DNA of 64,000 nt from Schmidtea polychroa (lineage: Eukaryota): positions 43,650,001 to 43,714,000 of the forward strand of contig CM097885.1 in assembly GCA_044892525.1 (NCBI GenBank), read 5' to 3'. Shown in pieces: positions 12,952 through 24,301 of the stretch. The notes beneath the pieces are model-generated. The model searched no databases. It was not told the DNA's origin and saw only the letters and a list, made by a program, of their open reading frames with translations. Made by a program: the position numbers and the translations under genes. How positions within the stretch are numbered: the stretch's first letter is position 1; every line of letters begins with the position of its first letter.

Positions 12952-13311
12952 CAACGATGGGCGTCCGCAGGGGCAGGGATATTTTTGGCGCCCTGGGCTT
13001 ACTATAAAAATTTTTTTGTGATATTAAAATAGACATATGTAAAAACGCCAAATATAAAATGCATATTAATAAATTCTAAAAAAATATTTTAAAAAAATAT
13101 AAAATATAAAATATAAAAATATAACAAAACTAGAAAAAAACTGGAAAACAGAAAAATAAAATCCCTTTTTCATCGTTTATTTTAAAAAATTTTCAATGCT
13201 TGGCTATATTTATATATTTTATATATATTGCGTTCAATCCGGCGCCCCAAAAATTGTGGCGCCCGGGGCAACTGTCACCCCTTGACCCCTCCCCCTCTCG
13301 CTACACCACTG
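12952..13311. mobile_element. Non-autonomous hAT-type MITE (degenerate left end)
   Basis: The right end cgctacaccactg and GC-rich ggcgccc subterminal motifs resemble the ends of the hAT at 5005-6781. Confidence 0.5.
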
Positions 13312-13866
13312 GACGTGATGGCTTCATTGTAACGATACAGGGAAAATTGAATCCGGATATGCGAGTTGTGATATATTTCCTTCTGATGGACTTTTAGGAC
13401 GAAATCCCCTTTCTATTCCCCTCTCCCCGATATCAAAATGGATTCAACATTATCATTGCAATCGAAATTGCCAAAGAACAATTATTGATAAAGTTCCATT
13501 GAAAACAAAATAGGAGATTTATGAACAATTAAATGTAATTCCCAAGGAGAATTTGGATTCCCAGATATGGTTACAGATTTAAATTGCGATATTTATGCTG
13601 CAGTGATAAGTTTATAAAAGAATAGTTTGCGCCAATTTCCTATGGAGCCTGTGGTGTATTGAATTAATAAATTGAGGTGCTCGGTAGTAGCGGTTGAAAC
13701 GCGTGCTCGTTTATGGTCTATGGCAATTGATTCCATTGTTTATTAGATAAAGCGCGGTACTGGATTTATTGATCAACTTTGATTTTAATATAGAAACAAT
13801 TGTGTAAGATGGCAATGCGATTGCATTTAGCGATTTGACAATGATATAGAAACAAAAATAAAATAC

Positions 13867-15020
13867 TTGTTGAAAATATTGAGACAAATCCTATACAGTC
13901 GTTTATGACGTCTCTCGTTAGCTGCCTGACAATAGCAAGATTTCTGGAATTTGCCACCGATCAATCGAGGATTCGATAAATAGCCAGCGAGAGAGTTTGG
14001 TGAGAATTGTTTCGATCCCGAATTACACTGATACATCGGACTGTAGATGTTCGAACGGGAACAACAACTGAATTCGTTTTTGTATTTCGGAGATGTCGAT
14101 GGTGCATGGAACGAATTATTCAGATCACAACAAACCGTCACATTTCCCGGACACGTTTTTGATAGGGCTCCTTGGCGTTTGGTATCACAGAGCGTTGTGC
14201 TGTGGGAAATGGGAATGGGCTTATTGGATTTCGGCAGCTGCTTCTTTGAATCCGATACAGCGGCAATCGATTTCTGACAAGGAGAGCTCGAGTAATTGAT
14301 TGTTGAATTCGACGATGAACCTATGCATTTGGAAGCACAAGTGGAGAGATTTTTACTTTTTGATATGATTAATGAAGGACTAGAAGATAAAATGGAAAAG
14401 TTTCCTGGAGCAGTTGGAGAAGGAGTCATGGACATTGATGACGCATCGACTGATTCTTCTCCACTGTCGTTAATGGCTGATTTATGTTCATCACTAGTTA
14501 CACACTTTGATTCAATGGTTTTCGCATTTGCATCATTCAAATCTTGAGAAATATCTCTGTCCCAATCTCTGTATGCCTGTTCAATCACCAAATCTTCGTA
14601 ACTGTTTTGCTTTTTCAAATCATTTTTCACCGACTCCAATATCGATTGAGTTGTAGCGTGTATCGTCGGTGAATTATAGGATGAATTATTGTGAGTGTTT
14701 ATAGATGGTAGATCCAATCGACGAGAAACTCGTTTTTCAAGTTTGAGTTTTTTATAATCTTTACGCAATTGATATTCTCGATAAGAACTTTGAATTATTC
14801 TTGCTGCTTGATGAGATCTATATCTTCCTCCAAATCGACGTTCAGTGAATTCTATTTCTTTTTCTCGCAAATCCTCGCTCAATTCATAACTCACAGTTAA
14901 GGGTCTTTGTAATCTTTGACTATCGTAAGATACATTGACGCAGTTTACTTGAAATTGATGCGCATCAACTGCAGAGGAACGACGCAGTTCTGATCGACGC
15001 TTAATTCCATCATTGTTCAT
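13867..15020 (-). CDS. IQSEC: First coding exon of an IQ motif and SEC7 domain Arf-GEF (IQSEC/BRAG/schizo family)
   Basis: YELSEDLREKEIEFTERRFGG...AARIIQSSYREYQL is the IQSEC signature plus IQ motif. It ends KRLYRICLNIFNK (start of Sec7) at a GTATTT donor (13866). Downstream exons were not found in the window. Confidence 0.88.
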
Positions 15021-17865
15021 AATTTGGAAAATATTTTACAATTATTAAAGATTTAAAAGAATTTTTTAAACATTTACATATCTTTATTATTGATCAATAT
15101 CTAAAATAAAAATATAATTTTAAAATTTCAAATATTTGAAATTAAAATATTCAAATGTTTTGTATTAATAAATAATTAATGTGAGTTCATAATTTGATAA
15201 GAAAACTTTGAAATATTTAAAAAAAACACCAATAATTTTATTTCAAGAAAATTAATTTAAAATGTGAATATACTAATTACACTATTATTATATTATTTTA
15301 TAAATAATTATCTATTTATAAACTGTACCCAGACTGAGTTAAAAATTATGAAATAAATAATAAGTTTAAACAAATAATTTTAATATTAATTGAAATATTA
15401 ATTATTATATTATTTATTATATTTATTAGATAATATAAACATATAATTTTTGAACATTGTCTTGCTGTATTCTGTTAACGATTTTAATATTGAGTACTTA
15501 ATTAGTAAATTCTGAAAATTCTGAAAATTTTGAAAATATATTGTATCATAATTTCAATTGTTTGTAAAATGTATGATTAAGACTGATAAACACCAAGGAA
15601 TTTATTCTAAATGAAATCCATTTAGAAGCAAAAGTAAAAAAGTAAATTATTTGTAAAAACTAATACGATAAACATACAAATTTTAAATTATTTAATAAAC
15701 ATTTTTTAATAAATATTATTTACACTTGTTGGAATTCCGAATTGTTAGATTATGGCGTTGCTATGGTATCAGCTGCCTTGTCCATCCGGTCAAATAATGA
15801 TCAATTATGTTGGATATATTGTAGTTGGTCGGTGGTTGTTAACTGCCAATAACTTATCTGACTCTGAGAGTGTTATTGAATAACAACAATGACAATTCTC
15901 AATGACGTAAAACTTTATTGATTATCACAATTGATTACAACGAATTTAACGATACCAATTTTCAACACGCCTCAAATGTTTCAACTGCTTATTGCAACCC
16001 TCCGGGAAGAATATCACACAATAATAGTCCTCCAAAAACACGACTGCTTGACCACTGCCGGTAATGGGCCACTCACAAAATAGATATGTTTGCTTTTAAC
16101 AGGACTTGAGTTTTTCAACTACTTCTGATTCACTAATGTAATACTCAAGTTTCTTCCAACTGTTCCTGATTCTCAAAACTTTCTTTAACTTTCTTGGTAA
16201 ATTCCAATTTTTCACAAATTTCTTTCTAAAAAATTTTCTCTCTTCGTCGCAGGTTTTTTTCGTAACCATTTTCTCTCGTCCCAATTTTTTTTCTCTTTCT
16301 GTTAATTTGTTTACTCTCTGATATATTTGAGTTTTTTAGTGCAATACTTCTTGCTCTTGTTTTATTTTATTTTTGTCTTTTATAATTTTAGTGTTGCGTA
16401 AGTTCTTTACAATATTGTCAATTACACTTTTACTCGATCTGTACATTTCAATAAAAATTTAATATGGTAGGTAACCCAACTGGAGACTGCTGTTTTATTA
16501 GATTTTGAATAAGGTTTTTCCTTTTTACCAAATTACGTTTGACAAGAACATAAGCTCCCTTACTCTTCAATCTCTTTCCTTTTGTGATTTTTGCAATCAA
16601 ATAACTGAATTAGATAACAATAAAGATTTGCACAAAACATTTACGCAGGCCACCTTTCTGCATTGCTCAAAATTTCGTTTCGCTATTTCAAAACTTATCA
16701 TCTTTATTGATTTTGGAGGAAAGCATAATTTCATTATCGTCTTGTTTATCACTCGGGTTTCCTATATAGCTAATAAATTATTTATTTACTTTTAATTAAT
16801 TTCCATTTTTAGAACATTTTTGTCTAGGGACTCCCATTGATTTTATATTATTATATTTTTATTTGTCTCATCACTCGTAATATATATCCATTTTTCTCGA
16901 AACACATCAATTTTTAATTAATTTTTAATTTTCTACAAGTTTTGTCATTTTTATCGAATAGCACATTTAAATTTCTTCATACCTCCAAATTTCTTTTGTG
17001 GTACTTTAGACTAATCTCAACAGCTCTATAACAAAAAATTTTAAAGGCGCCATCAAACAAAAAAACATTAACTTCGAATATTCTTAACAATGAAAGTAAT
17101 TCTATCGTTGATGACTTTCAGGTTGTTCAAAGAAAAAGAGTTTAACATTTGGATGATAGCAATGTTTAAAATTATGAAAGAAGTGTTACGTTATAAACTT
17201 TAAATTTTTTAAAAGGTTATTACAGAAGAATCTGTAATATTATTTTCAGTATATTCATAAAGTTTTGTTATTTTTGAGATCTAAAGAAATTAAAAAAATA
17301 TTTTAAAACCTCAATTATTTTAAATTTAAAATAACCTTTGGCTTTGACTGTCCATTTTTATATAAAACATAAGTCTTGAATTGTACAGTTTTAAACAACA
17401 CGGTACGCAATTCTCAAAATTGCACTAATCTTAAGTCTCGAACACAAAAAATAAACTTCTTCAATACGAATTTTTTTAATTCATGAAAGTTTTATTTCAT
17501 ATAAGATTTATTGTCAACTGAGTATGACGAAAAAGCTAGTCAGGAATTGACTTGTCTATGAACCAATAATCATGCAGTACTAAAATTCCAGATCCCAATA
17601 CATTTGTAAGCATTAAATAAATTTTTAGTATATATCAGAACTTCTCTGTGACAATATGTCCCTATAGGATTGAGAGGTTTAAAAAACCAAAACCAATCAA
17701 CCGAACTATTCAAGAGATGACTGTATAATAAAATATCATTATATAATAGATAATGATATTGATTGTATATTTTATAATTAAAATAAATTCTAAATTTGAT
17801 GTCTTCAAGAAATCTATTTTTTATTAAATAAAATAAAATAATACCGATAATCATGCCTATGAATA

Positions 17866-17932
17866 ATGTTTTGGATGTTTTTCATTTTACTTAAACTTCT
17901 ACCAATGATGAAATCAGAAAAAGAAAATATTG
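17866..17932 (+). CDS. Kringle-Ig receptor exon 1 (signal peptide)
   Basis: MFWMFFILLKLLPMMKSEKENI, phase-1 GTTAGT donor, then a 36-bp intron to TAG at 17968. Confidence 0.7.
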
Positions 17933-17968
17933 GTTAGTATTTTGGTTAAGTAAGAAATTATAAAATAG

Positions 17969-18205
17969 TATATGAAGATTGCAAGTTAACTCAAAAAGGT
18001 AATGGTTATCAAGGTAATATTAATATTACATATACTGGAATCTCATGTCAAAATTGGGATGTAAATGTTCCCCATATAAAAATCCCAGTGCTAAGCCTAA
18101 ATAAATCAGTTTGCAGGAATCCTCTGAATTACGAGCATGGGCTTTGGTGTTATACGACATCTCCAACAATAAGATGGGAATATTGCAATGTCGCTTACTG
18201 CAAAA
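17969..18205 (+). CDS. Kringle-Ig receptor exon 2 (kringle 1)
   Basis: YEDCKLTQKGNGYQG..TYTGISCQNW...CRNPLNYEHGLWCYTTSPTIRWEYCNVAYC has all six kringle Cys. AG/GTGAGT borders, 237 bp, phase 1-1. Missed by the ORF track. Confidence 0.92.
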
Positions 18206-18401
18206 GTGAGTAGTTAAATTTAGATAATTAAAATTGGATAAAAATTTCCTGTGACAATATTTCTAATATAATGATTTCATTTATAACAAAGGCGAATATT
18301 CGATCTTCAAATTATTTCAATAATTCTTCTGAAGAGCATCAAGTCAAAAATGTCCAACAAAAGTCCAACAAAATTTGTTTAAATGAAGCAGGTTTTGAAA
18401 T

Positions 18402-18552
18402 AGTTAAATCCATCTTTAAATCCATCAAATTTCGCATCAAAAATCTTGAAACTAACAATATATATTTAATCAAAGAATTTATAAATAACAAGTTTTAATT
18501 TTTTCACAAAAACCGCCACTTCCAAATTATTTAAACAAAAAGATATCTAACT
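18402..18552 (-). repeat. 3' LTR (151 bp, AGTTA...TAACT)
   Basis: Differs from the 5' LTR by 4 substitutions and a 3-bp indel (my alignment). Adjacent to the PPT. Confidence 0.95.
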
Positions 18553-19220
18553 CCCCTTCTTAAGAATTTTTCCACTTCTTCAGCCACTCGATTCTTCTTT
18601 CTTTCGTTCCTTCTTGTGAATGTAGTTCGACTCGATGAGGTGATAGAAATCTGGCGATTTTATATGGGCCATCGTATTGCATACCATCCTTGTGCCTGTT
18701 CTACGGCTCTTTACGTACGAGTACCTCCTCCCCCACCTCGAAAACACAAGTGCCTCTCTTTGTCTTATCCATAGCTCTCATTGTGTCTGCGGCTTTACTC
18801 GAGTTAAATCTCGCGTCTTCGATTCTTTCGCTTCTTGATATCTCGGCTTGTTTCAGGTTAGAGTGTAGGTTAACACTCCATAAATTATCTCAAATGGTGA
18901 TAAACCTGTAGCACTTTGTCGACTGCTATTTATAGTTTACTCTATTCTGGGTAGAAGTTCGTGCCAGTTTCTCTCTTCACATCCACCTGCCAATGTTGCT
19001 GTAATAAGATCTCTTATCGTTCGTATGGCTCGTTCGGCTAAACCATTTGATTGGTGCTAGTAAGGTGAGCTGAATTCCTGTTTGATTCCAAGTTTCTGTA
19101 GCTTCTGTCTTAGGAAATTCCCTTCGAAATTCCGGCCAATATCTGTTAAAATGCTCTTCGGTTTTCCAAATCGATAGATCCAACTATTAAGTATTGTTTT
19201 GAAAATGGTCCCTTCGTCTT

Positions 19221-22200
19221 ATGCCCATGTCCTCAGGGAAAGCCTCATGGTTCTTCTTTTTCCTTGACAAAAAACGGAAATTGGCAGTAATAATTGACCA
19301 ACTTATTGACGACAGCCTCAACACACACATTGACCTAGCCTCTAACCTTCTTGATACTATACTGCACCTACAAAATATTGTATCACCTATATCTTTCTCT
19401 TTATCAAACATTGAATACCCCAGATGCTACTCACCCTCTGATTCTGCGATATATGTGACTCATCTCATCTCATGCTTAAACACCCACATCCCACTTACTA
19501 TACCGAACAAAACCGAAATGACCACTGAAATCAAACGTATTATAAAACATTTTATTGAAGACAGATCTGACACGAGTGACATTAGAAAATACAAAGCATT
19601 TTTAATTAGTTTAACTGAGCAGCTTACACAGAACCTAATAGATGCCCAATCTGCCCTACTCGAGATAGAAAAGATAAATGGCAACATTAACCCTCATAAA
19701 TACCAAATTCCCAAGCCAGCAGATGCCACCCACAAAAAAATAAAAAATAAGAGGGAACTCCTATCTGTTAAAAGATTCCGCTTTAAAATAAAACCTAAAG
19801 ATGAAATACTTAAGATAATAAATGATACACAAAGTATACACAGGCCTACTATGAATAATATCCTTAACCTTTTTAGTGGCAAAAGCTCACCAACGTCCAA
19901 CCTGCTAGGTCTCTCCTTCCAACCTCACATAGAGAATTGCTCCTCCGCCCATACCACTCTTGAAGATATTCGGCTGACCATTAATTCGCTTGATAGTACT
20001 GCACCTGGAATTGATAAAATTACTCTGTCTGACTGGAAACGTATAAACCCGGACCTTACACTAGTTCAGGCCATCTTTAATAGCATTCTTGAATCCTCCT
20101 TATGTCCTGTAAGCTGGAAAACCTTTAGAACTAAACTGATTTTAAAAAACGGCAAAAATGAATCTAGTCATGAAGCAGGTTCCTGGAGACCTATATCGGT
20201 AATGAACACAGCATACCGCATATTCTCTTCTCTCCTAAATAATCGTATCCTCCAGTGGATTAGTGAAGGCCACCTGCTTTCCTCTAACCAGAAGGCCATA
20301 GGTGCACCTGATGGCTGTGCCGAACATAATTTAGTCCTACACTTGATTAAAGATTACTCATATAGGAACAGCAGTGAACTCCATATCATATGGCTAGACA
20401 TCACTGACGCTTTCGGATCCATTCCCCATGATCTTATATGGCACTCACTTACCCAAATGGGACTACAGGATAAAACTATAGATCTTATCAAAGACATGTA
20501 CTCTAATGTCCGCACAATCTTTGAATGTGAAGGAGAAAAATCACAATCAGTACCCATCCATAAGGGGGTAAAACAAGGATGCCCCCTCTCCATGACCCTC
20601 TTCTGCCTATGTATTGACTTTATACTTAAACGCATCTTGATTAACCACCCTTTCTTCCTCCATGAACACAATATAGGTATCTTAGCCTATGCGGATGATA
20701 TCGTCCTTATATCTAACTCCTACACATCCATCTCTAGTGCACTAGCTGAAACTGTGGAACTCGCCGGAAACGTCAACCTGAAATTCAAACCCTCCAAATC
20801 TGGCTACTTCTCTATAAACACCAACGGAAAACCCCCTCCAATAAAACTCTATAATGAATCGATACCAATTATCGATGAGGATAACCTATATAGATATCTT
20901 GGTGTAGACTTCTCTTCTAAGAATCGTCACAACATTGAGGAGCGACTTAATCTTGCGTTAAATGACACAGCTAAAATCTTCGAATCTCACCTACATCCGG
21001 CTCAAAAAATCTCCTCTTACAAAATCTTTATACACTCTAGACTTATCTTCACTCTTAGAAACTGTGTAATCAACCACATGACACTTGACTCGAAAAGGCA
21101 ACAAAGAGGCAGACTACTCCACCATGGATATGACCAGAAACTAAAAGAGATCTTTCGAGTCGCAATGGGGGACAAAATTATGCAACTTAACAACAACTTC
21201 CTATACGCCTCCATTAAGCTAGGGGGTATTGGTCTCACATCTGCCATAGACGAATACCTTATACAAAGTATAGTACATCTTATTAGGATACTCAACTCTG
21301 ACGACCCAAGTTTCCGACGTATGGTTATATCTGAGCTCACAGAAGCTAGGGGAAAAGGCCTCCTAGAAGCTGCAATTGCCTGGCTAAATGGTGATATCAC
21401 AAACAACTACCCAACCTTCTCCCTCTTCTCTAAGTTCAGAAAATCTTCAAATAGACTCTTACTCAAGTATGGGATAACTGCCAAAATAAAAATTATAGAT
21501 GACATCATAAAACTCGAGGTTAAATATAAAAACAGAATAAATTACTTTAGTAGAGATAATATCCATGAAACGTCATCTGAACTGCATTCCCTCATAGGAC
21601 TCTACCATGCTGAGAAATGGTTTGAACTGAAGTGTCAAGGTTTCATCTCTAAGACTATTAGCGACAGTAGCACTGCTGCGTTCTTCATTAAAACAGATAC
21701 ACTGACGGACCCCCAATACCTTTTCCTTATCCGCGCAAGAAATAATCTTCTTAAACTCAACTACTCCCCTGAACGCCTTAAAAATAAGAAATCTATCCTC
21801 TGTAGGCACTGTCATGCACATCCTGAGACACAGGCACATATCTTTAATCATTGCCCAGTCAAAATTAATGCCAGACGAAATAAACACAATAATGTACTAA
21901 AGTCCATCTCTGACTACCTGACCTGCCTAAACTTCAAATTTGACACCGAATGCCCACCAGTAGGTATTGTAACTACCCTCAGACCTGACCTCCTAATAAG
22001 ATCTGAGAGAAACTCTAATACTCACATCCTTGACATCAAAGTACCATATGAATCTAAGGACAATTTCAATAGAGCTAGATCTGATAACTTTGACAAATAT
22101 AAAAACCTAGCCATAGAATTAGGTCACCTCCATAAATGTAAGATTACTCTGTCTGCCCTTGTCATAGGAACTCTTGGAACTTGGGACAACCTAAATGACT

Positions 22201-22322
22201 CTATCCTAAAAAAGATAGGCCTTTCTAAACCTGAAACCAAAGCCCTTGCAAAGATAGCATGCACGGCTGCAATACAAAGTAGCTACCATATATATAGAGA
22301 GCACACTTATAAGGACCCATAA
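19221..22322 (+). CDS. Reverse transcriptase - CCHC zinc knuckle - restriction-like endonuclease ORF
   Basis: WRPIS, LDITDAFGSIPH, KGVKQGCPLS, LAYADD, YRYLG, CRHCHAHPETQAHIFNHC, RPDL...DIKVPYE...KY. 1033 aa uninterrupted. Confidence 0.93.
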   Translation: MPMSSGKASWFFFFLDKKRKLAVIIDQLIDDSLNTHIDLASNLLDTILHLQNIVSPISFSLSNIEYPRCYSPSDSAIYVTHLISCLNTHIPLTIPNKTEMTTEIKRIIKHFIEDRSDTSDIRKYKAFLISLTEQLTQNLIDAQSALLEIEKINGNINPHKYQIPKPADATHKKIKNKRELLSVKRFRFKIKPKDEILKIINDTQSIHRPTMNNILNLFSGKSSPTSNLLGLSFQPHIENCSSAHTTLEDIRLTINSLDSTAPGIDKITLSDWKRINPDLTLVQAIFNSILESSLCPVSWKTFRTKLILKNGKNESSHEAGSWRPISVMNTAYRIFSSLLNNRILQWISEGHLLSSNQKAIGAPDGCAEHNLVLHLIKDYSYRNSSELHIIWLDITDAFGSIPHDLIWHSLTQMGLQDKTIDLIKDMYSNVRTIFECEGEKSQSVPIHKGVKQGCPLSMTLFCLCIDFILKRILINHPFFLHEHNIGILAYADDIVLISNSYTSISSALAETVELAGNVNLKFKPSKSGYFSINTNGKPPPIKLYNESIPIIDEDNLYRYLGVDFSSKNRHNIEERLNLALNDTAKIFESHLHPAQKISSYKIFIHSRLIFTLRNCVINHMTLDSKRQQRGRLLHHGYDQKLKEIFRVAMGDKIMQLNNNFLYASIKLGGIGLTSAIDEYLIQSIVHLIRILNSDDPSFRRMVISELTEARGKGLLEAAIAWLNGDITNNYPTFSLFSKFRKSSNRLLLKYGITAKIKIIDDIIKLEVKYKNRINYFSRDNIHETSSELHSLIGLYHAEKWFELKCQGFISKTISDSSTAAFFIKTDTLTDPQYLFLIRARNNLLKLNYSPERLKNKKSILCRHCHAHPETQAHIFNHCPVKINARRNKHNNVLKSISDYLTCLNFKFDTECPPVGIVTTLRPDLLIRSERNSNTHILDIKVPYESKDNFNRARSDNFDKYKNLAIELGHLHKCKITLSALVIGTLGTWDNLNDSILKKIGLSKPETKALAKIACTAAIQSSYHIYREHTYKDP

Positions 22323-22495
22323 TCCCTCTTTATCTCTTTCTACCCTACGTCTTATGCTACCCTCTCCCTACACATTATATACTTTGATAACTAGTATTAT
22401 TCCTAACACTATTGCCCTCACATGCATCATTAAAACTATACTCCTAGTGTTAACACTGCTGTTGTTTGTTGTTGCTGTTTTTCTTATTGTTGTTA

Positions 22496-22700
<205 letters not shown>

Positions 22701-23673
22701 CAATTATTAATATTATTGTTAATTACAATTATTAATATCTAAACATAAATAATTGCTTACAAAACAAACCAACAAATAAAGGGAGCATATATATGTATAT
22801 ATATATATATCTAGAAGATACTATCATAAAAGGTCATAATCACTGAATAGGTCACTGTGGGGGTTCTTGTAGGGACTCCGCCTATTCGGTGGTCTTTTTA
22901 TTAGCATTTTGTCCTAGTTTAAAATGATAATCATCGAATGGGTTACTGTAGGAGTCCTTGTAGGGATTCCGCCTATTCGATGGTCTTTTTAGTCGTTTAT
23001 ATTGATATTATATCTTTCGTGCCTTGTTCTCCTTATATATATTATAATATGTATCGAATTATAACCGCTTACATTCCCGCATAAGGAGTCTTCCTACTCC
23101 ACCCATTTACCTATTCTTTAGACACCAAACTGACAAAACAGATGCCAGAAGACGTCATAGAACCCATCTTTTCCAGTACTGATGATGCCTACCACACCAA
23201 TAACAGAATGCCAACGACCCCATAAAGATAAAGACAGAGAACCCATTCAATCTTATTATGAAGCAAATTATCCTCAATAAGAAAAACCCATCATTTCCCA
23301 TGCTGATGATGCCTAACACACCAATAGCAGAATGCCATCGACCCCATAAGGATGGAAACATGAAACCCACTCTTTCTGATTATGAAGCAAACTATACTCA
23401 ATAATAAAATCAATAGCACATCAATTCTGAAAATCAACACAGAAGACCAGATTGATACATATTGATTGATATATATGTTGTATTGCAAAGCATTACCTTA
23501 TTTACACAGAGCATGAATATTATAGAAGATATTCAAGGCCGAAGAAAGACGTTTGTTGCGAGCACAAAAAGCGCTCCAACACAAGAAAAGAATGTGAAGC
23601 TTTAGCAAATGAAGGGTCGAGAACCTCTCCCCTTAAGCCTTAACCGGCCTTGTAATGAATAATAAAATTTTGA

Positions 23674-23704
<31 letters not shown>

Positions 23705-24212
23705 AGTCAGTTTGCTAAAACGGTCCACCATTACTACCATATATTTTTTATGGCGTTTATTTTCATGTAAGCCACATCTATAACAATCTGTTCTAGGAAT
23801 TCAGAGCTATATCTAGGAATAAATGTTTCCTTGGTTCTTGTCTGATCGATCTTTCTCTTAGCGCAGATCTCGCAACATTGTAAACAGAGTTGGATTGTTT
23901 CTTGCATTTTCGGCCAATAAAATATTTTTTCCATATAATGAAATAATTTCTTAAATCCAATGTGTGACATAGTTCTTCATGTAGCGTTGTTGTTAACAGG
24001 CCTGCAAATGTTTCTGGGACTAACATTAAGATATTTTTGTTCTTTTCTACTGTTATTAATCCTACATCAATTCGTGTTTTTTTACGTTAAAAGGAAAACA
24101 ATTCTTTTTCTCCTATGTAAATCCATTTTCCAATATCTCTGGCAGCTCTCGAAACCGAATGTCCTTTTGTTGTTGTTCACATACTTTTACCATAGCTTCT
24201 GTTCTTTGGACA

Positions 24213-24213
<1 letters not shown>

Positions 24214-24299
<86 letters not shown>
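24214..24299. repeat. (TA)n microsatellite inside Gypsy pol
   Basis: Direct reading. Confidence 0.95.

Positions 24300-24301
<2 letters not shown>

Noticed and set aside
15727..16800. Possible LTR-retroelement remnant between the two genes
   Set aside because: No diagnostic domain, second LTR or TSD could be supported.
23170..23417. CTGATGA motifs in the 124-bp tandem duplication as hammerhead cores
   Set aside because: I could not form a convincing stem II followed by GAAA and stem III.
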